This document shows positions 37,201 through 49,796 of a stretch of DNA of 64,000 nt, piece after piece. The notes under the pieces were generated by a model, which made no database searches, was not told the DNA's origin, and saw only the letters and a list, made by a program, of their open reading frames with translations. A program made the position numbers and the translations under genes. This DNA comes from Octopus sinensis (lineage: Eukaryota), in assembly GCF_006345805.1 (NCBI RefSeq), contig NC_042999.1, positions 37,014,001 through 37,078,000 of the forward strand. The letters are read 5' to 3'. Position 1 is the stretch's first letter. The number at the start of each line of letters is the position of its first letter.

Positions 37201-40200
37201 TGTGTGGTAAGTAGCTTGCTTACCAACCACGTGGTTCCGGGTTCAGTCCCACTGCATGGCACCTTGGGCAAGTGTCTTCTACTATAGCCTCAGGCCAACC
37301 AAAGCCTTGTGAGTGGATTTGGTAGACGGAAACTGAAAGAAGCCCGTCATATATATATATGTGAATATATATATATATATATGTGTGTGTGTTTGTGTGT
37401 CTGTGTTTGTTCCCCCAACATTGTTTGACAACTGATGCTGGTGTGTTTACGTCCCCGTCACTTAGCGGTTCGGCAGAAGAGACCGATAGAATAAGTACTA
37501 GGCTTACAAAGAATAAGTCCTAGGTCGATTTGCTCAACTAAAGGCATTGCTCCAGCATGGCCGCAGTCAAATGACTGAAACAAGTAAAAGAGTAAACACA
37601 GTGTATACCTGACACTACACTTTTTTTGTTAGGATGGCTGAAAAATACTGAAGAGCATTTCTTTCAGCACTCAAATGGATTGTATTGCTAATATTGGAAC
37701 TGATACAACTGATATAAGCATAAAGTTAGTTTAGGTTTATAGGACTTTATGACACAGTGCTAGCCCTGTAGCATAAGTTTATTGTATTTAATCCTTTATT
37801 GCCCACAAGGGGCTAAACATAGAGGGGACAAACAACGACAAACAAAGGGTCTAAGTTGATTACATCAACCCCAGTGTGTAACTGGTACTTATTTAATCGA
37901 CCCCGAAAGGATGAAAGGCAAAGTCGACCTCAGCGGAATTTGAACTCAGAACGTAGTGGCAGGTAAAATACCTATTTCTTTATTACCCACAAGGGGCTAA
38001 ACATAGAGGGGAAAAACAAGGACAAGACAGGTATTACGTCGATTACATCGACCCCAGTGCGTAACTGGTACTTAATTTATCGACCCTGAAAGATGAAAGG
38101 CAAAGTTGACCTCGGCGGAATTTAAACTCAGAATGTAACGGCAGACGAAATACGGCTACGCATTTCGCCCGGCATGCAAATTGGCAGATGAAATACCACT
38201 AAGCATTTCGCCTGGCGTGCTAACGATTCTGCCAGCTCGCCGGTTAAGTTTATTGTATTGTGACACAAAACTAAGTAGAATAGTAATAAACTAATGACTG
38301 ACATATTAAAGTCACTGTCTGAAACTATTAAATGGCCAGGCTAGTAAATCCCAAATTAGTGGGATTCAACCCATAAATGTAATGAAGTTAATAACTTGTG
38401 ACAGAGTGTAAGTGTCTTAAGAGAAAAATGGGGTATAAAAGGCCTCAGAGGCAGTGTGCAAGAGAGGAGACTGTACATGTGATGCATATAGATGAGGACA
38501 GCTGTATAAAGAAGTGTCGATCTCAAACTGCGGAGAAAATCTGTGGAAGAGGTAGACCCAGGACGACATGGGATCATCATCATCATCGTTTAACGTCCGT
38601 TTTCCTTGCTAGCATGGGTTGGACGGTCTTGGAAGCCAGGAGGCTGCACCAGGCTCCAGTCTGATCTGGCAGTGTTTCTACAGCTGGATGCCCTTCCTAA
38701 CACCAACCACTCTGTGAGTGTAGTGGGTGCTTTTTACGTGCCAGGGGAGGCTGGCAGCAGCCACAATCGGCTGGTGCTTTTTACGTGCCACCGGCACAGA
38801 AGCCAGTCAAGGCGGTGCTGGCATCGGCCACGTTCGGATGGTGCTTTTTATGTGCCACTGGCACAGGTATCAGAACTATTATTTCCATTTGATAGTTATT
38901 TCGATGTTCATGTACTTGACTCAATAGGTCTCCTCAAGCACAGTAGGTTGTTCTGCAATCCAAGGTACTTTGAATAGGCTGGGGTTATGCGAAACTGGTG
39001 CAGGAAGCAGCCTGGGTCTTTGCAGTCACAGCATATCTCCAGAGATCTCGCACCTTCATCATTGCCTCTGTGAGGCCCAACACTCTGAGGTCATGCTTGA
39101 CTACCTCATTCCATGTCTTCCTGGGTCTACCTCTCCCCCTGATACCTTCAACTGTTTGGGAGTGGCACTTCTTCACACATCTCTCCTCATCCATCCACAG
39201 TACATGACCATACCATCGCAAGCGTCTCTCTTGCACACCACATCTGATGCTTCTTATGTCCAGCATTTCTCTCAGGGTGCTTACACTCTGTCGTGCGTGC
39301 ACACTGACATTACACATTCAGCGGATCATGTTAGCTTCATTTCTTTCAAACATGATCTTTGGATTTTGGGTATCACAGAGGTGATGACAGGTGACAGAGA
39401 CTTTGGTGATTTGCTGTACTTGAGAAGACACGTCAAACTAAGTGAAATCATATTTGTGGTCAGTGCTGGTGACACATAAAAGCCAACTGGTACACTGTGG
39501 TGTGGTTGGCATTAGGAAGGCATCCAGCCATAGAAACCAAACCAATACAGATTGGAGACTTGTGCAGCTCTCCGGCTCACCAGTTCCAGTTAAACTGTCT
39601 AACCCATGCCAGCTTGGAAAATGGATGCTAAATGATGATGATGATAAAGACAGCCCCAGAAGTAAGCTCACTTGCTTTGCGGAGACATTCTTGTTTTAAC
39701 AGCAAACAACAGCTGATGGGAACAAAGGCTCAGACTTTCTTTTTTTATCATCATCATTTAGCGTCCGTTTTCCATGCTAGCATGGGTTGGACGGTTTAAC
39801 TGGGGTCTGTGAAGCCGGAAGGCTTCATCAGGCCCAGTCAGATTTGGCAGTGTTTCTACAGCTGGATGCCTTTCCTAATGCCAACCACTCCGTGAGTGTA
39901 GTGGGTGCTTTTTACGTGCCACCTGCACAGGTGCCAGACAGAGCTGGCAAACGGCCACGAACGGATAGTGTTTTATGTGCCACCGGCACGGGGGCCAGGC
40001 GAGGCTGGCAACGGACACGAACGGATTTGAATGTGTCTTCTCAAGTACAGTAAATCACCAAAGTCTCTGTCACCTGTCATCACCTCTGTGATACCCAAAA
40101 CCCAAAATCCAAAGATCATTTTTATAAAATTAAAATTTAGAAAGAATTTGAAATAATTTACCTGAAGAACACAAAGGAGACCAACAAACTTGGCAGCAGG

Positions 40201-43200
40201 TTTCTTTTTAATGGTTTCAATTGGTGAGGATTTATAAGGGCTGGTTAAGGTCCAACCAAGGGAAAGGCAAAGGAGCATATAAAGCATGGTGAATTGGGAT
40301 ATCACATCAACAACTAAAAAAATAGAAATAAAAAAATATTTGAATTACACCTTCAACTGTTTCATCTTTGAATAAACATTTACTGAACTTTTAAGCACTT
40401 TGTTAACTTTTTAAATTCAATCTATACAAACAGAAGCTTATTTCTCTAAGGTTCCCTATTTTTCACAATTGTTCTGTGCAGTATGTATGCTTGTGTATAG
40501 AGTTTTGATAATATTTTTATCACTCACAAATTCAGTGAAAATTTTATATTATACAAATTAAAAATATTATATTAAGTGAATAATGCAAATAATCTTCATA
40601 TTAAAAAATAATAATTTTAAAGCTCAAAGACTTTTTTAACAATATATTAAAAATTTTTTTACGGGTATCTACAGAAAGATGATAGCTATAAAGATTCAAT
40701 AGAATTTCAAAGAATGAAGGACTATTTAAATAAATATTAGGAGTGCAAAAATATAGAAGTTGAATAAGCAGGGATTAAACAATATAGAACACGAAACCCA
40801 AAATAACTAATAACTACTGATTATAGAAATTTACAGAAAATGGAAATGTAATGAATATCAATAAAATGATAAAATGAAGGAGGAAAAGAATATTAGAAAA
40901 CAAAAAAAATACTGAAGCTGCCAAAAATGCAATGGTTCAAACCCACACAAGTTAACAGGAAAATATTTATGATCATGGAGTTGAACTAAAATTGAATAAT
41001 TTTAGAATTACGAAGGATTTAAACTCATAAACCATGTATATTTCTTGGTTGTGGCATACAATCAAATAATATGATGTAGATAAATAATTTTGTGACTAGA
41101 ACATTTGAGAAATAAATGGGGCAAATTGTGTTTTACAAGAGGTAGTTGTATGGTGAGACATTTAACCCTTTAGTGTTTAAAGAGGCCATACCAGGCCAAA
41201 ATTGTCTTCCTGTTATATGCTCAAACCAGCCAGCTCTGACCTCTCACACTTACCCTACAAAGTCATTCTAAAAATAAACAGGGACATCATCAAAATCTGA
41301 GTTACAAGATGCTGTACAATTAATTTAAAACAATGTAATTAAACAGGCTTTACATTTGACAGAGGAATCTGAATGCTAAAGGGTTAAACCACATTGAAAG
41401 TTATGATCATGTAAATGTCCATGATCAGATATACAGTAAGATGTTTGTATATCAAAGTTGTGTGGTGAGTTGAGGTCACTTTCTCTGTCAAATATAGTGT
41501 TCATTTTTTTATATTGTTTTGAATTAATCATGTATTATTTTGTAGGCTTGAGATTTTTATAGTACGATTGCTTATTTTTAGAATAACATTGTAGGGTAGG
41601 TATGAGAAGCCAAATGTGTCCTGTTTGAACATAAAACAATATTTGGGCTGGATACGGCCGGTTTAAATGCTAAAGGGTTAAAGTTATGGTCAAAGAGCTG
41701 GATCTATGAACATGTGATTAGACTATCACAAGAAAGAATCTTGAAAGGGACCCTTCAAGCCAAGCTAAGCAGCATGAAGCCTATGAAAAGGACCATGAAT
41801 GAGATGGTTGGATAATATCCAGTCTCAGTTGGTCACACATAAGAATCCAGTCAAAAAGTTAAATGACAGTTGCTTCTGATAGGACCCTATGGAGGAGGTA
41901 CCCAAGGACTCTACCCTCATAACCCATTATAGGATTATTCTCTTGTGGATGAACAAGGCATTACAAATTCAGTTGGACTCTTGAAGAGAGATGGTGACAT
42001 GGATATAAATGTGTTTTTGGCCTGTTCTTCGTGTTCAGAAGTGATGTTGACAGCATATTGAGTGTTATGTTTATCGCTACTTCAACATGACTGTTCTATA
42101 GGAATCACAGTTACTATCGTTTTTAACCCCAAGAGGAGTAGCCTCCAGCTGGTTATTGATGCAATCAGCACCTGATATATGTTGCAAGCAGGGGATTGAA
42201 CCCGTACCACTGTCATCACGAGAAGATGGTAGGGGTTCACTCCCCTGCTTGCAGTGAGTGTATGTGTGTGTGTGTATATATATACTCTTTTACTTGTTTC
42301 AGTCATTTGACTGCGGCCATGCTGGAGCACCGCCTTTAGTCGAGCAAATCGACCCCGGGACTTTTTCTTTGTAAGCCCAGTACTTATTCTATCGGTCTCT
42401 TTTGCCGAACTGCTAAGTGACAGGGACGTAACGGGTGCAGATTGCATCAATAGCTGGCTGGAGGAGGTTCCTCCTGGGGTTAAAAACAATAGTAACGTTA
42501 GTTCCTACAGAACAACCAAGTTGAAGTGTGGCAATAAACATTACTTCTCGGTATAGTTGCTACTTTCATCTCTTATAGAATTTTTTAAACTAGCGACTTT
42601 GATTGTTATTTTCTCCAAATATCATCAGATGGTATCTCTGAGCTAGTTTAGGAACTGAACCAGGAATATTAATTTTATTAACATGTCTGAAGTTTTAACT
42701 ACTGGCCTATTGTTCCAAAGGATATAATGATAATGTCTAGTAACTAAAGTATAATGGACCAAATATCAGAAACAGGTGCTTAATATATCAGAAACAGGTG
42801 GAGTATTTTCTCACCAAATTACACTCTTCTACTCCATATTACTGTATACCTTTGAGATAGCCTGCTTGCTGTTACGAAAACCTGGATAACAAGTTTCCTG
42901 AGCAACAGATAAGTCATAGAGGTGATACTTTGGTGTCACTTTGGCATGTGATCTACAAGGGAGATTATTGTTAAAACATACTTAGGGATCTTTACCTTTT
43001 GACCGACAGATTTAAAAAATAATTTTCTGTAACTAAACACATTTAAACTTCGGACACTGGTAGAATGTGTCATAAAACATCTTTTATTCTTAGCATTTTT
43101 GAGAAAAACTTATATTTACGAAGTTATTTCACATTAAAGTTGTCCTATTTTGGTAATTTCAACCAATCAATGACATGTATTCAACTGAATAAAATTACTG

Positions 43201-46200
43201 CTGTTGTTTGTCAACAACTATTGGCCGTATATTTTTCGTTCGTCACTGTTATTTATGACATCGTTTGTGCGTTTGTACTGGTTTTAAGGTTTTAGGGTTA
43301 GGGTTGTCATAAATAACAGTGACAAACGAAATATACACTGCTGGAAGTTCTTGTTGACAAACAATAGCAGTAATTTTATTCAGCTGAATACACATCATTG
43401 ATTGGTTGAAATTACCGATATAGGACAACTTTAACGTGAAATAACTTCATAAATATAAGTTTTTCTCAAAAATGCTAAGAGTAAAAGATGTTTTATATGA
43501 CATATTCTACCAGTGTCCGAAGTTTGAAAGTGTTTAGTTACCAAAAATCATTTTTTAAATCTGTCGGTCAAAAGGTAAAGATCCATACTTAGCATTGTAA
43601 ATGTATTTTCTCAAAATTCTTACTATTTTAATAAGAAAACCACGTTTCATTTATGTTTTAGTAAATAGTAACAGGAGACCAAGAATGAACAATATAATAA
43701 TTAAAATAAGCATGTAGATCACCCAACAAAGTAAATTTGCTCAAATAGATCACATGGCAAAGTAGCACTGACACAAAATAAACTAAAAAGTAACTTAAAA
43801 GTAATCTGTCTTTAAATTGTAGATCACATGCAAGAGTGGCACCTTTGTGATTTAAAACAGCAAATTTTATCTTTGAAGTTTAACAATACAAAAAATCCTA
43901 AAAGAAATTGAGCAGGACTTCGTAAAACAGATTTGTTTTAAAGAACATAGAAATAATAAGAGATGCTATTTATTTCAAGCATTTAAACTAAATTTATTTT
44001 GTAGTGTCAGTCATTTATTTTAGGTCCACTTTTCCATGCTAGCATGGGTTAGACAAAAGCGTCTTATCAAGACATTGTTTTATGGCAGATGCTCTTCCTG
44101 TTGCTAACATTTACTTGTTTTGCAAACAAAGGAGTTTTCATTTCACTTGCCTTTGAAAGTGCAGAGCCACTTGATGAATTATTGACAATTAAATGCAACA
44201 AACATTCACCCAGAAACAAACACAAGCATGTGATCATACACACATGATAGATTTTTGTATAGTTTTTGCCTACCAAACTAACTGACAAAGTATTGATCAG
44301 CCACGGGCTATAAAACAACTTCCCAAGGTGCCACACAGAGGTACTTTGGGTAAGTATATACAATTAACATATATTTTATAATAAGGCGGTGAGCTGGCAG
44401 AAACGTTAGCACGCCGGGCGAAATGCGTAGCCGTATTTTGTCTGCCGTTACGTTCTGAGTTCAAATTCCGCCGAGGTCGACTTTGCCTTTCATCCTTTTG
44501 GGGTCGATAAATTAAGTACCAGTTACGCACTGGGGTCGATGTAATCAACTTAATCCGTTTGTCTGTCCTTGTTTATCCCCTCTGTGTTTAGCCCCTTGTG
44601 GGTAGTAAAGAAATATATATTTTATAAAAAAAATCATCTTGTCTTTGAACTTTAAAATGAAATTATTACTGAAATTTACTTCATTAAAGAATGAAAAAAA
44701 AAACCAGTCTGACCATGGCAAAGTTTTAGAATGGGAAGTTTGAATCATTGACAATATTTCATCTTTTAGTGTCTATGTTAATTTTGTAAACTAAATGCAA
44801 TTCAAAACACAATGTCATTCTCATTTATGTTTTTATAGAAGCCATATAGAAAATACCAGTCCATATACTCTACTGATACTTTGTTTTTGATTCATGCTAG
44901 TTATTAAAATAAGACAATTGTGGCTGGTGCCCCACTATCAGGAGTTCAAAACTAGATAGCATATTGTACTTAGAACATCTTGTATTGTTTGTGTTAAGTG
45001 ATGTATTCTTTAATGGAGTAAGACATTAACTGTACAACACATGGTATAATGTTTAATCCAACTCCACTATATAAAAGAAAAGATATTTTTTAAAAATACA
45101 GTTGAGTGGGAATTTATAGAGTAGTCAGCTATGAAAATAGTGAGTAATAATATTAGGAAAAAAAATCAAAACAAATATTTACATTCAGCCAGCAATTCAC
45201 AGAAAGGGAAGCCAAAACCATCTTTAGCATACCTACAGAAGGAAAATAATGTGTGAGCAACTAGAACATTTGCTTGAAGGGAGAGTATATTAGTAGTCAG
45301 ATATTATTAACCTATATCAACCAATTAGTTAGTCAGTCAAGTATTCAGATATTATGCAAAAAACAAAAAGTTAAAAGAAACAACAAAAAACAATGTATGT
45401 GTGTGTGTGTGTGCATTTACACATATTTACTTCACTAAAACCCTCACTCCTCAAGCTCTCTCTATCTCTCTCTACACACACAGATATGCACTCCAACTTA
45501 AGGAGATGAGTGAAAGTGTGTCCCATTCTTAAGATAACCTCTCTAACACTGCCACTCCACCCATCTAACACCCGTGGACATATTTACAAAGTAAGAAAAC
45601 AGCACAGCTCCCATGACTTCAGGAAACATTTTTTCACGCTGAGAGTTGCTGAAGCATGGAACAAACTGCCGACATCGGTTGTTAGTTGTCGGAGCACTGC
45701 ATCCTTCAAAACTTCCATGCTTCCTGAGATTCGCCAACACTACACTTGATTTTCTCCCCTCCATACACACACAAGCATGTATCTGACTCATACATTGTTC
45801 GCTTTCCAGACATTTCTACATTACTGCATGTACTTTATATGCACTTTCTGACAAGTTGTGGTGCACCTGAGCACTGTATACAATAATTTCATTATTATTA
45901 TTGATCTATTGCTCTCACTTCCAACATATCCAAGGTGGAAGAAACAGTTGTAAAAAGCAGGACCTTCTTTATCACCTTGAGTCTCTCTTCCTCTCAAGTG
46001 ACAACAAGTATGGTCTTTACAGGAGCCAGATCTAATAGAGATCTGCTTTTCTGCATCACACTTTTGTCTCTGGGAATGTTGTACTTGATTAAACATAGTC
46101 TTTGACTATGTTTTGCATGAGAAACTCCTAAGCTGCTCACTTTTGAGTATCTTAAAACTCTTGAAGTGTAAAGTTTCTGATCAAACTGACCATAGTCTGC

Positions 46201-49200
46201 ACTGGCAGAATTTTCTCTCTTATATCTTATAAATTCTGGGATGCCTTACAATTTGTTTATGTCCTCTACATTCTTCTTTTAGTGTGAGCTGGCAGAAACG
46301 TTAGCACGCCAGGCAAAATTCTTAGCGGCATTTCGTCCGTCTTTACGTTCTGAGTTCAAATTACACTGAGGTCGATTTTGCCTTTCATCCTTTCGGGGTC
46401 AATAAATTAAGTACAAGTTGCTTACTGGGGTTGATCTAATCAACTAGCCCCATCCCCCCAAATTTCAGGTCTTGTGCCTAGAGTAGAAAAAATTCTTCTT
46501 TTACTACATTAGCAATAATTATTCTTGCTGTTACTTATTACATAAACTACAGAAAGGATGCTACCTTCCATACCTAAACTTTCTCACACAACCTAAGTTT
46601 CTTATTCCATACACGTAACACTTCTACAAACAGAAACTTTGAAAATACCTTAGAACAGAAAATCTTTTATTTGTTTCAGTCAGTAGACTGCGGCCATGCT
46701 GGGGCACCACCTTAAACTTTTAGTCAAATGAATCAACTCCAGTACTTATTCTATCAGTCTCTTTTGCCAAATCACATTACAGGGATGTAAACACACCAAC
46801 ACCAGTTGTCAAGTGGCGGTGGGGGGACAACCATAGACACAAAAATACACACACACACACACATATACAGATATCTATATCATGGGCTCCTTGCAGTTTC
46901 CTTCTACAAGGCTTTGGCCGGCCTGAGACTATAGTAGAAGACACTTGCCCAAGGTGAAACACAGTGGGTCTGAACCCAGAACCATGTGGTTGGGAAAGCA
47001 ACACCTGCACATCAGCAACATTGCCAAAAACTTTGCTTTCAAAAGATGTTTCGGCACCAAATTAGGCTGAAACAACATGTTTACAGGCTGCTTTATTTTA
47101 CATCAATGGTTTTCTCACTCACATCCAACCACACAAACCCTTACTCAGATGACATCAGTTTACACACCTTGCTTGCTATCAGCAGTTTAGTTTTAAAAAG
47201 TTGTCATTCCTTTACAAGGGACTGCTATATGGAAGCACTCCGTCGGTTACGACGACGAGGGTTCCGGTTGATCCGAATCAACGGAACAGCCTGCTCGTGA
47301 AATTAACGTGTAAGTGGCTGAGCACTCCACAGACACGTGTACCCATAACGTAGTTCTCGGGGATATTCAGCGTGACACAGACAGTGACAAGGCCGGCCCT
47401 TTGAAATACAAGTACAACAGAAACAGGATGTAAGAGTGAGAGAAAGTTGTGGTGAAAGAGTACAGCAGGGATCACCACCATCCCCTGCCGGAGCCTCGTG
47501 GAGCTTTAGGTGTTTTCACTCAATAAACACTCACAACGCCCGGTCTGGGAATCGAAACCGCGATCCTATGACCGCGAGTCCGCTGCCCTAACCACTGGGC
47601 CATTGCGCCTCCACAGGACTGCTATATACGACACCACATATGCAATCAGCAAAATATTTAATTTTACAAACAACAGTAGGACATCTTCATTCTTTCATTT
47701 TTTACCTCCGTTTTTTTTACCATGCCAGCATAGGTTGGACAAATATATATTGTTTTACAGGCTGAGTACCCTGTCTATTATTAACCCTTATCTATTACAG
47801 AATGTAAACACACACACACACACATATATACATATATATATATATGGAAAGAGAGAGAGAGATAATGGGCTTTCAAACAGCTTCTGATTACCAATTCTGC
47901 TTGTACAGCACTAGTTAGGCTGAGGTTATAGCAGCAGACACATCTGCCCAAGGGGCTATGCAGTGTGATAGAACCAGAGATGACATGGTAACAAAGTGCA
48001 AACTCCATATCCACACAGTTATGACTGCAACTATATGTGAATGTGTATATATAATAAGAAATAATACTGGGTAGCCGAAAACATCACTACACTTGTTTGG
48101 TTATTTATTCAACAATGTATAATAATTATACAATATTACATGACATCATGCTATTTGCATAACTGCACCATTTCCCCAGTTGATATGTCAGTGAAATCAA
48201 AGCAAAATATTTATGTGCTAAGATTTTATATGGGAATAATTTGTTAGAATTTTGGTGATGGTTTGCACAATTATTAACACTGATTTATGAATATGGAATT
48301 TCCCACTGAATTTATAAAGACAGAAAAATAAATCACTGCATTATATTGGAAGTTATGTTAGTGTTGTGGTAACAATTCTATTTCAACTGTTACCTACAAC
48401 ATTATTGGTATAATGGGACCCAACATCCCACTTTGTTTCAAGTCAACATGTAAAAGAAAAACTGAAGCCTTACCGCAGAAGATGCACCATCATTAGAAAG
48501 GAAGCAAGAGATTGTAGGGCAGTAGAAGCAGTCAGGAGCTGAATAACTAGTTGCATTGGTCCACCTTTTGAGAGTGTCTGCCAGAGTCGGGGCCAGAATA
48601 TACAGCCGATAACAAAATAACACAAAGTTAAAAGCTGGTAGAATCCAAGAAGACCTGGAAATAATCAACAAAAAGAAAGCTCTGATGATATCTTAGACAA
48701 TGTTTTTACTCTTTTAATGTCTGTGTATCATCATAACAGTAATGCCCAATTTTCTGTGATCACACCAGTCTGTCAGAATTTTTCGAAGCAGATTTTCTAT
48801 GGTCTGATGTTCTTCTCGTCTTCAACCCTCACCTGTTTCCTAGTGGGATAATTTTTACCCCACATGGCCGGACATGTTTTCATGGAAGATTGGAAACAAA
48901 GGAGATCATTTCCATGACAGTGACACTTGTTTAAAACAATCACACCAAGTCAAGACAAGGAAACAGAAACACACACACAAACAAGAAGAATGGAGTAAGC
49001 AAGTTGTTTTATGACATCAATTTACAGTTGCTTCATCTGCAAATAGCTTTTGAATTTTGATATGTGTCATTAACACTTCATGAATCAATAGCTGCATATA
49101 TTATTGCATAATACAGTGTTATTCACGAGATCAAACTCAGATGAAACAATTGTAAATTGATGTAATAAAATGACTTGCTCACTACAATTTACTTGTTTAT

Positions 49201-49756
49201 AATTATTTTTAAAATAAGCTCTGTCTGGCACCTGTGCGGGTGGCACGTAAAAAGCACCCACTACACTCACGGAGTGGTTGGCGTTAGGAAGGGCATCCAG
49301 CCGTAGAAACACTGCCAGATTTGACTGGGCCTGATGAAGCCTTCTGGCTTCACAGACCCCAGTAGAACCGTCCAACCCATGCTAGCATGGAAAACGGACA
49401 CTAAACGACGATGATGATGATGATGCAATCTCAGGATTATTGTCTGTCTGATAGCTTGGATGTGTTTAATATGGTAAACTCTAGGGTTAACACCCAAATA
49501 AATATATAGGATTCTTTCAGTTTCTGTCTAACATATTTACTCACAAGGCTTTGGTCAGCTTCAGGCTACTTGGGAAGACACTTAGACTAAACCCAGAACT
49601 AAGTGATTGAAAAGCATGCATATGTATATATGTAAGAATGGCTGCCTGGTTAAGAACTTTGTTTCCCAACTACATGGTTTCAGATTCAGTCCCACTGCAT
49701 AATACCTTGAGTATTTTTGTGAGTGGATTTGGTAACTGGAACTGAAAGAATCAGGT

Positions 49757-49796
<40 letters not shown>

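Noticed and set aside
42810-42870. Candidate GPR180 exon 5 (TACAGTAATATGGAGTAG on - strand)
   Set aside because: In-frame stop and poor match; the true 50 bp exon is at 45183-45232.
43281-43305. Interstitial telomere or chromosome fusion site
   Set aside because: Only two perfect TTAGGG units, inside a TSD-flanked transposon.
47520-47594. tRNA-like head (also 27603, 44385, 63494 and others)
   Set aside because: These are SINE heads: no complete cloverleaf, and each continues into a SINE body.
49331-49352. CTGATGA-AGCC-TTCT-GGCT
   Set aside because: No GAAA follows; sister RTE copies read CTGGTGCAGCC at this position.
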